Source: Ministeria vibrans ATCC 50519
Lineage: Eukaryota; Protista; Filasterea
Direction: 5' to 3'
Assembly (NCBI GenBank): GCA_943704425.1
Contig: CALSCP010002583.1
Location: 1-57,431, forward strand
DNA length: 57,431 nucleotides
The notes under the pieces were generated by a model. The model worked only from the letters and a program-made list of their open reading frames with translations, was not told the DNA's origin and did no database searches. Every line of letters starts with the position of its first letter. The first letter of the stretch is position 1. A program made the translations under genes and the position numbers. Of this stretch, positions 46,249 to 57,431 are shown piece after piece.

Positions 46249-47372
46249 TTAACGCCTGAGGCGAATCACAACAGACAGAGCAACAAGAACAAGAGATCCA
46301 GCAATTAAAAAGCGGGGAAGAGACAGGAGGAGGGTTTGGGGGCGGAGATTATTGGTAAGAGAATCGCATTTCTTCTTCGTTTCGAGGGTGTTTGGGTGGT
46401 TGTCGCCGAGAGAGTGACGGAAAATGGAGAGGGCTCGCTGGAAGTGTGCAAGAGCGCGAGGGAGTTGTTGCTGCGTGAGAAACACAAAAGCCATGCTGTT
46501 CAATGTATTGCCTGTGGATGGGTGGTCGGAACCAAGAGACTTTTCACGGATCGATAACGCACGCTCATAGTACTCAAGAGCACGACTGTAGTCTCCTTGT
46601 GCATAGAACACACCAGCCATGTTGCTCAATGTGGTGCCGGTCGATGGGTCGTCGGGACTCAGACTTTCGAATAGATAGAGCACGCTCATAGTACTCAAGA
46701 GCACGACTGTAGTCTCCTTGTAACTGGGACATGTGTGCCATGTTGTTCAGTGTGTCGCCTGTGGATGGGTGATCGGAACCAAAAGACATCTGATAAATGG
46801 TCAGAGCACGCTCATAGTACTCAAGAGCACGACTGTAGTCTCCTTGTGCCTCGGACACAATGGCCATGTTATTCAATGTCTCACCTAGCAAAGTGGAAGA
46901 GGTCGATGACAAGGATGTTTAGACTTTATAATTGTACGGATGATTGCCAGTGGCCCCGCCAGATCTGGCAAGCCTGGTGCTGACGGTAAAACGATTTGTT
47001 GAATGAAGTGAGACGCAAGGAACTTTGTGGGTCGCCGAATTCTGAAATTAGAGCATCTCTACAGGAGAAGTCAACGATGTAGGGAGGTAGGCGAGAGAAG
47101 ATGGCACTGCGGAAATTGGAAATGATACACACCATGAGTGATGAGGCTACCGCGGTTGTGCCACTGCCATGACGGTACTCTTGCAAACCTGACGCGATGT
47201 AAAATGACTTAGGCCCAAAGTGGTCCGCCCGGCGTTTTGCATGTGCGGCAAAAGACGGGTCATCTCCTCACTCGACTGTTGTCCCAGTCATTGAGTGTTG
47301 TAGATCACACAAAACAACGTGGAAGCCGGACTCGGACGCAGTCTCCTTGTGCGTAGAACAAAAAGACCGATA
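46249..47372 (-). pseudogene. Decayed kinesin-light-chain-type (42-aa) TPR array with a C-terminal hydrophobic anchor
   Basis: Three near-identical ~126-bp units encoding TLNNMA...QGDYSRALEYYERAL.I...GSDHPST; frameshift near 46660; further degenerate unit (FYAQGDC) near 47340-47370. Confidence 0.7.
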
Positions 47373-47395
47373 CGGTATGATACTATTTTACACAT

Positions 47396-50145
47396 TTACT
47401 TGAATTGAATCCGAAGCAACAGCTTGGCGCCGCGGATAATCTTACAGGAGCGGTCGTTGAGGCGCACCCTACGAATGCCCTGGCGCACACACTGCACCGG
47501 CACAAACGCATGGCCAATGGTGTCGTCGGGATTTCCTGCACCGTCCTTGTCCAGCACAACAAACTTGAGCTGCGCCGGTCCGTACACACTGGACGGCGGA
47601 AGAGAGAAGACAAATGTTTCGTTCCACGTCACGCAGAAGCCGCTGAAAAAACACAGTTTATAGAAAGTAACCAGGGGGGGGGTGTTCTTCCTTACTTGTC
47701 ATCGACGTGCGATGTTTTGAGCCACTTTTGTGTTTTCCCGCCCAAATCGAGCGTGACCTTACAGTACGGGTCGGGAATGTCACGTTTGCTGACGCGCGGC
47801 AGTCGCACACCCGCGATGACTGTCACGATGAGCTCCGAGACGGAATCGGGACTGAACACGGCGGAGTTGAGAGAGGCAGAGAGAGCATCGTCAAAGTCGT
47901 CGTTGACCGACAGCTCGTGCATCAAATCACTGGCACTGGTTCGATCGAGCGAGGTGTTCATCATCAGTGCAGCCGCACTGACACTGCTGGTATTGAGACT
48001 GCCGCTTGTCGTGCGTCGTGTTCGCGTGCGCAGGTGCGCTGGTTTCAAGACGTATCCACTGTATCCATTCTCGCGGAACAGTGCTTGATTGGTGAACATT
48101 TGCTCCGTTGCTAAAACACACCAAAAAAAAATTTTAGTGTGTGCAGTGCAGGTAGAAGAAAAGAAGTTTAACATAATCCGAATTTTTACCTTGTTGGAAG
48201 TTCATGGCGACAATCTGACAGCCGGAGCGAAAGGCGGTGATGGGATTGACATTGGAGGAGAGAATGCGAAGACCGTGCGGATAAACGCGGGTCATATGAC
48301 GGGCATTGTAGTCAATGACGGTGCGCTCGGGAAAGGACGAGAGCATTCCTTCGCTAATGTTGCTCATGACGGCCGCACTGGGCTCGAGTGGGTCCATTTC
48401 TGAGCCGCGCGCAGTAATGTCAAGATGGATCAGACGACTCAGCTGCTCATGGACGCGTTTGGGATTGAGTGTCTGGCTCTCACGCACCGTCAGCATCTCT
48501 TCCTGTTCATCCGCCTCATTGTCACTTCCTCCTCCACCAGCGCCCGTGGTGGTGGATAGTGACGTCGACCGAGCCATTGATGTCTTCTCGCTCACCCGTG
48601 GTGTTCGCGCCCGCTCCTTGTGCTTCGTCGACGCCTGCGGATTCACATACTTGTACGCCTGCAGCAGCACTTTGCGTCGCAGTTCATTGGGCGACGGCAA
48701 AATATCCTGTCCTTCAAAGTGCTCCACAGGCGCAAGCATGTCCCCAAGCACTTCCCGCAAATCAGCCGCGATCTGCTCCTGCTGTCGTTGTCCACAGTGG
48801 ATCTCCAGCGACAGAATGGCTACGATCAGTGCAAATATGAGTGAGTGAGTGACACTCGAGATTTGTGTGTGTCTCTTTGCCTGGAAGGTCTGATTTCTCA
48901 AAGGCGTGCTGTGCAATGGCTTCAAGAACACTGCGAAAGCGCAGTCGAGGCCGAGTCATTGTGTATCCATGAAACACCTTTCAAAAGAGAAACGAACAAC
49001 CATAAGCAACAACAGATACAGATGAGTGTCGGCTTGATTGGTACTTCGGGAATTCCGTCGTCTCCGTCCCAACAGTCAAGCTCGACACACCGACCGCCCT
49101 GCTTGAAACACGCTACGTACATCTGAGAGAAAAATACACACACATATATATACAAGTTTGACGGATGAGTATGATTTTTCGAAGATTTTTCGTGGCCAAT
49201 CTGGAACAGTCGTACGTCGATTGATTGCGAGTCGAGCACCTGCCGCCCACTCAGATAGGTGTTGTGGCTGCTGCTGATCCAGTAGTTGGACAGGGGAAGA
49301 CTCATGTCCTGGTAAAGTTCGTCGCAGACCGGATCAAAGATGTCGTTTGAGTCGGAGAGGAGGTACTCAGTGAAGGTCTCGAGAGATGTGAGAGGTGGAG
49401 GCACTGGTTTGGCGGGTATTCTATGCTGTGCGTGCGAGCCCTTTTGGTTAGCGAGAAACTCCGCCAGGGGGTCCTCGAGAGCGGCGTCTTCCTCGGCGGC
49501 GCCCGGCAGGCCACACAGAGCGTCGTAGAGGGCGGCCACGGGCGGAACGTGCTCGAGCTCGCGCAAGAGCACTCGAAAGGTGTCCAGGTCGACAAAGGCA
49601 CTGCCATAGCCCGATTCGGACGTCATGGGACGCGCCGTGGGCTGCTGCCGACGTACCACCTCGCGTACCACAGATTTGCTTGTGCTCACATTGAAGTTTC
49701 GTCGAAGGAATTTGACAATCTGAAAAAAAAAATATCAATCATGAATGCTATTGAGTGGACTCATTGTAGTGGATGTGCGGTAGAGAGAAAAAAAAGGGGG
49801 GGGGGATCGTAGAGTGTCCCATGACTTGTCGAGGAGAGAAAGGCAGCAAAGGTTCGCTGAGTTGGGAGAAGCATTTGGGGCGTTGTCCCTGGCAACCGAT
49901 CGTGGTCAAAATACCTGTTCGACACTGCGTGGACCGCGCTCAAAGAGTTGCTGAATAAGTTGCTCGTCGTCTACAACGAGGTCTGTCACTTCGTTGGCGA
50001 CAGTGCTCTTCAAATCTTTGACGCCGAGTGTTTTCAACGTTGGATGATTTAACTGGGGTGCCGAGTCGCGGCGTTGCAGAGGCGCTCCGGTGTTTTTGTA
50101 CGTGTCGACTTCGCCAATCATTTGGCGCGACGTACCGCAGCCCAT
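47396..50145 (-). CDS. Phosphoinositide-specific phospholipase C (X, Y and C2 domains; N-terminal MGC acylation motif), multi-exon
   Basis: YQDMSLPLSNYWISSSHNTYL, GGRCVELDCWDG, FHGYT, ILSLEIHC, LPSPNELRRKVL, TRVYPHGLRILSSN, GCQIVAMNFQ, NGYSGYVLKP, C2 with PDPY and WNETF. Confidence 0.95.
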
Positions 50146-50249
50146 AGTGTGTAAAAAAAAATTCAGGACTGAGTCGACCTAATTGACACTGAGCGGTCTG
50201 AAATAACTGAATAAATTCTGATTAGTCCTCATTTCTATTCTATTCGCAC

Positions 50250-50978
50250 ATGCCCTTCGTGGAGAATATACCCCCCTCGGTCGAGTACATACCAAACTTC
50301 CTTAGCGAAGAAGCGGCAGCGGGGCTGTGGCGCGAGGTATGGCCTCACATCACTCTCAGATCCATCTCATTCATTTCCGTTCCATCCTGCGCTATTTTCA
50401 AGGTCTACAATGCTCCCAAACCAAAGTGGACACACCTGAGCAATCGAAGACTACAGCAATGGGGCGGCGTCGTGCCTGGCGACGGCAGCAGGTTCATTTC
50501 CGAGGCGCTTCCATCTTGGCTGTCGAGTCTCACCTCACGATTGATCCCGCTCGCTGTCTTCGCCGAAAGCGCCCCTGCGAACCACGTCCTGATCAACGAG
50601 TATGAAGCAGGGCAAGGTATCATGCCCCACACGGACGGACCGGCGTACGAGCCGACCATTGCGACGGTGTCACTCGGCTCACACACAGTCCTTGACCTGT
50701 ACGCTGACCAGGGGAGCCGCACCACCCCCGACTTCTCTCTCCTCCTCGAACCGCACTCTCTCGTCATCATCCGCCAAGATGTCTATACAGCTCACCTCCA
50801 CGGCATCGCCGAGCGCACCACCGACGACTCCCGTTCCGTTGCAAACGCATCCTTACTAACTCACCAGTACCAAGACAAACCCGAACTCGTCCGTTCCACT
50901 CGAGTCAGTCTCACTATCCGTCGCGCAAAAAACGAACGCAAAATCCCTCAATCTCTTCTCAAGGGACTAAAACGCTAA
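50250..50978 (+). CDS. ALKBH6: AlkB homolog 6 (2OG-Fe(II) dioxygenase), intron ~50337-50402
   Basis: YIPNFLSEE, APKPKWTHLSNRRLQQWGG, ANHVLINEY..GQGIMPHTDGP, HGI, RVSLTIR. Confidence 0.93.
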   Translation: MPFVENIPPSVEYIPNFLSEEAAAGLWREVWPHITLRSISFISVPSCAIFKVYNAPKPKWTHLSNRRLQQWGGVVPGDGSRFISEALPSWLSSLTSRLIPLAVFAESAPANHVLINEYEAGQGIMPHTDGPAYEPTIATVSLGSHTVLDLYADQGSRTTPDFSLLLEPHSLVIIRQDVYTAHLHGIAERTTDDSRSVANASLLTHQYQDKPELVRSTRVSLTIRRAKNERKIPQSLLKGLKR

Positions 50979-51044
50979 CTTTATAATTGTCATTTGTAAT
51001 AGAGTATTTTGGAAGTAATTTGTACAGTGAATTTTTTTACTTTT

Positions 51045-52760
51045 TCAATTGGAATCAGGAGAACCAATGAAAGTGTTCCAACCACTCACACACACATCGC
51101 AAAAGTCCTTTAGGTAGTACTCAAGACACGTCAGATAAAACCACCCAAAAAATACCCCTGAAAAAGAGAGAGAAGACAAGCTCAGCCAAACTCGCACTCA
51201 TTAGACTCACTCAAAACAAATCAGACTCATTCAAAACAAATCAGACTCACTCAAAACAAATCAAGACTCATTAAAAACAAATCAAGACCCACTCAAAACA
51301 AATCAGACTCACTCAAAACAAATCAGACTCATTCAAAACAAATCAGACTCACTCAAAACAAATCAAGACTCATTAAAAACAAATCAAGACCCACTCAAAA
51401 CAAATCAGACTCACTCAAAACAAATCAAGACTCATTCAAAACAAATCAGACTCACTCAAAACAAATCAAGACTCACTCACACACTAAAACAATTAATAGT
51501 GTACCTCCCAAATGAGCAGCATGATCTAACGCTCTGAATCGGAAGATCAGACCCGCGAGATCAAAACATACGAGACCCAGAAGCAAATTCTTGGCAGCAA
51601 ACACATACGTGGGGAGAAAGACAAAGGCAACTGAGGTGAGAGGGTCGCTGACAGTCGCTGCGGTGAAGAGAGCAAAGATGGCACCGGACGCGCCAAGAGA
51701 TGAGGCGTGGCGAAGAGAGAGGACGCGGAAGGCGTGGCTGACAACGCTGGAGGTGGCACCGGCGCTGAAGAAGAAGGCGCAAAAGGCCTCGCTGCCCAGA
51801 CGGTCGCACAGGGGAATGCCAAAGGAGTAGAGAGCTGCCATGTTGAACGCAAAGTGGAGGGGCTTCTCGTGTGAAAAGAAGGACGTAAGAAGAGGCATGA
51901 GACGTGAGGAGGACGATGAGGACAGGAAGTGGCGCCGCATCAGTGGTTCTATGCTGGAAATTAGTAGGGTCTCGACTCTTTTCCTTTATTTTCTTACGGA
52001 GAATGGGAACTTGCCAGAGCCCGAAAATAATGGCGTTTGCTGCCATAATACATAGGACAGTCTTTTCAGACTCTTTCCGTGAACTATTAATACAAAAAAA
52101 GAGAAGAAATAAGAGTCAGAAGTGAATAAGAAACATCTTTGTGTGTGTGTGTGTGTGTCTGACTTGAAACTTCTCTTGACTGTCGCCCAAAATGTCTGGT
52201 CTTCAGGAGCAACGGGCTTCTCGGGAGCAAGTGCATCTTCTTCAGACCCCGAGAACCACTCAATGATGGAGCCAAAGCTCGTTGTCACATAACTACAATA
52301 ATAACATGAATATTAATTTCGTCATTGTGATGTTATGACAGAGAAAGTGTTGTCGACACACAAAAGACAATTTTGACTTGACTCACTTGACGGATTGCTG
52401 TCGCAGCGATTCAAGCCGCAGACGCTCGCGTTCTCTCTTGTCGTGTACTATTGCTGCAATGCCAAAGCTAACGGTGCCAATCTAAGCGGGAGAGAGCGGT
52501 TTGAGTGGGCGAAGTCGAGTCAAGCCGGAAGGAAAAGCGGTCGAGTGGACACTGGCGGAGACACAGCGCAAACGCAGCCACGCACTTACGCCAACAGAGA
52601 AGATGATGGGTCTGATAAGGCTCTGGGCCCGCGCCTGCACGCTCAGCGGCTTGCGCGCGGCGCTCTCGCCAATGAAGACAGTGCGTGCCGACTGCACACG
52701 CTCCCCTATCCGCGCACCCCCCGATATTCTTCGACAAATCACTCCCAGACGGCCCAGCAT
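51045..52760 (-). CDS. PARL: Mitochondrial rhomboid protease (PARL/Pcp1-like), multi-exon
   Basis: Arg-rich presequence; SFFSHEKPLHFAFNM, SLGASGAI (catalytic Ser), DHAAHLGG (catalytic His). Confidence 0.88.
51203..51478. repeat. 21-22 bp minisatellite (GACTCACTCAAAACAAATCA[A]) in the last PARL intron
   Basis: About 13 tandem units with a higher-order repeat of variant units. Confidence 0.92.
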
Positions 52761-53047
52761 TAGTGACAAATCAAAAAAGTCAACGAGTGCGTGGGTGTGT
52801 TAAAATTGATAGATTTGATCATTACTACTCGTCGTAATAATTAATTTTAACCCCAATGAATAAACCGCTCACAAACCGCTCTCCTCTCGCACACACGGCA
52901 CCATTGAATGATTCATCCCCTTGGAGTTGAATGACTTGAATTGTATAATATATTATATATACATCTCATAGAGGTATGAGTCTTATTTTTCACCGAAAAA
53001 TGTAAGTTGACACATGATTAATTATTATGATCATTTCCTCATGCCAT

Positions 53048-56310
<3,263 letters not shown>

Positions 56311-56674
56311 GCTGCTGAATCTTCGTGCCAATGAATAAAATTGATTTTTTCAGAGATGGAGAGAGATAAGGGCCGCACACAGGCAGAGCTCTACTGCACC
56401 ACTTGGAGGGGTGGAGAGACGTGTTGTGTCACCGTCATCGCAAATCTGCAAAGCACTGCTCTGGCAACTCCCTCTAATACTGACAGCAACACCGCCTGGT
56501 AGCATGCAGTCTGAGGGCAGCGCACCAAACACATACCAAAGTTAGGTGGTCATTCTCATTTGCGTGTACCCATTCTCAGTAGCTCCCTCAAACACACACA
56601 CAATAGAACACGCCTTTTACAAAAAAAAAAGTGGTATACTTTGGAAAAAAAAAAAAGAACACTGGCAGGTCCAC

Positions 56675-56971
56675 TCACTCCGACTCCTCGACGACTGGCT
56701 TTTTCGTCTTTCTCTTGGGCGTTCCATCCGAGTTTCGCTAAATCGTACAAAAAAAATTATATTATAATTATATATATATATATATATCATAGATATGGCT
56801 GTCAAGAGGTCGACTCCCTCCTCTCTCTAACTTTGTTGTTTCTTTCTCTATCTATCACTTAGATCTTTCTCTCCTCTTCTCTCTATCACTTTGTTGTTTC
56901 TCTGCCTCTATCACTTTGTTTCTCTCTCTATCACTTTGAATCTCTCTCCATCACTTTGTCTCTTTCTCCCT

Positions 56972-57049
<78 letters not shown>

Positions 57050-57297
57050 CTCAATCGTACGTCATTGATAGGCACTGTTACATCAATGCCAAACCAGCGG
57101 GGAATTCGGGTGGCGCGCTCAGTTGCAAATGCTTGATACTACGTGAAGAGAGGGGTGAGAGAGAGAAGAGCGGGAAGCGACGAGACGCACTTGATGGGCA
57201 TAGCCGTATTTGACGACGGGGTACAGCGACAGAAGCAGAGCACTATAGATGACAAAGGTATTTCTCTTCCAATTCTTGGGATTGGCCCACCAGCCGC
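56675..57297 (-). CDS. Small single-TM complex I accessory subunit-like protein (NUUM/NDUFB1-type); 5' exon lies beyond the window
   Basis: GGWWANPKNWKRNT followed by a TM; further exons YQAFATERATRIPRW... and RNSDGTPKRK...ESE*. Confidence 0.6.
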
Positions 57298-57299
57298 CT

Positions 57300-57431
<132 letters not shown>

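Noticed and set aside
51203-51478. CRISPR-like array
   Set aside because: Head-to-tail units without unique spacers, intronic, and no cas genes: a minisatellite.
56350-56540. GC-richer segment as a separate 60-aa gene
   Set aside because: It is bounded by a GTATGT donor and an AG acceptor just upstream of the GH127 start, so it is probably a 5'UTR intron.

Overview
This is gene-dense, intron-containing eukaryotic DNA with GT-AG introns, many (CA)n/(GA)n microsatellites and short N gaps. The gene content (Notch-like receptor, LIN52, NAT16-like, MAP10, DNAL1, PLC, Tyr-motif adaptor) points to a flagellate unicellular holozoan such as a choanoflagellate or filasterean. That assignment is an inference. 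About 24 genes could be built by hand from splice sites. The best candidates for new biology are: (1) an EGF-less proto-Notch with 3 LNR repeats, an HD-like region with an S2-like site, TM, ankyrins and a PEST-like tail but no RAM WxP motif, lying next to a secreted TPR-ANK-JmjC oxygenase; (2) a 5-exon gene encoding a mitochondrial presequence fused to a phage-gp2.5/giant-virus-like ssDNA-binding protein; (3) an intronless caspase-like/NB-ARC/TPR (NLR-like) gene with a nearby decayed TPR array; (4) a single protein with three bZIP modules under an AP-1-site-rich promoter; (5) an intronless SDR with an in-frame TAG, sitting between two copies of the LIN52 3' end; and (6) a non-autonomous hAT transposon with perfect 22-bp TIRs. 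All family assignments come from motif recognition by eye; no database searches were run.
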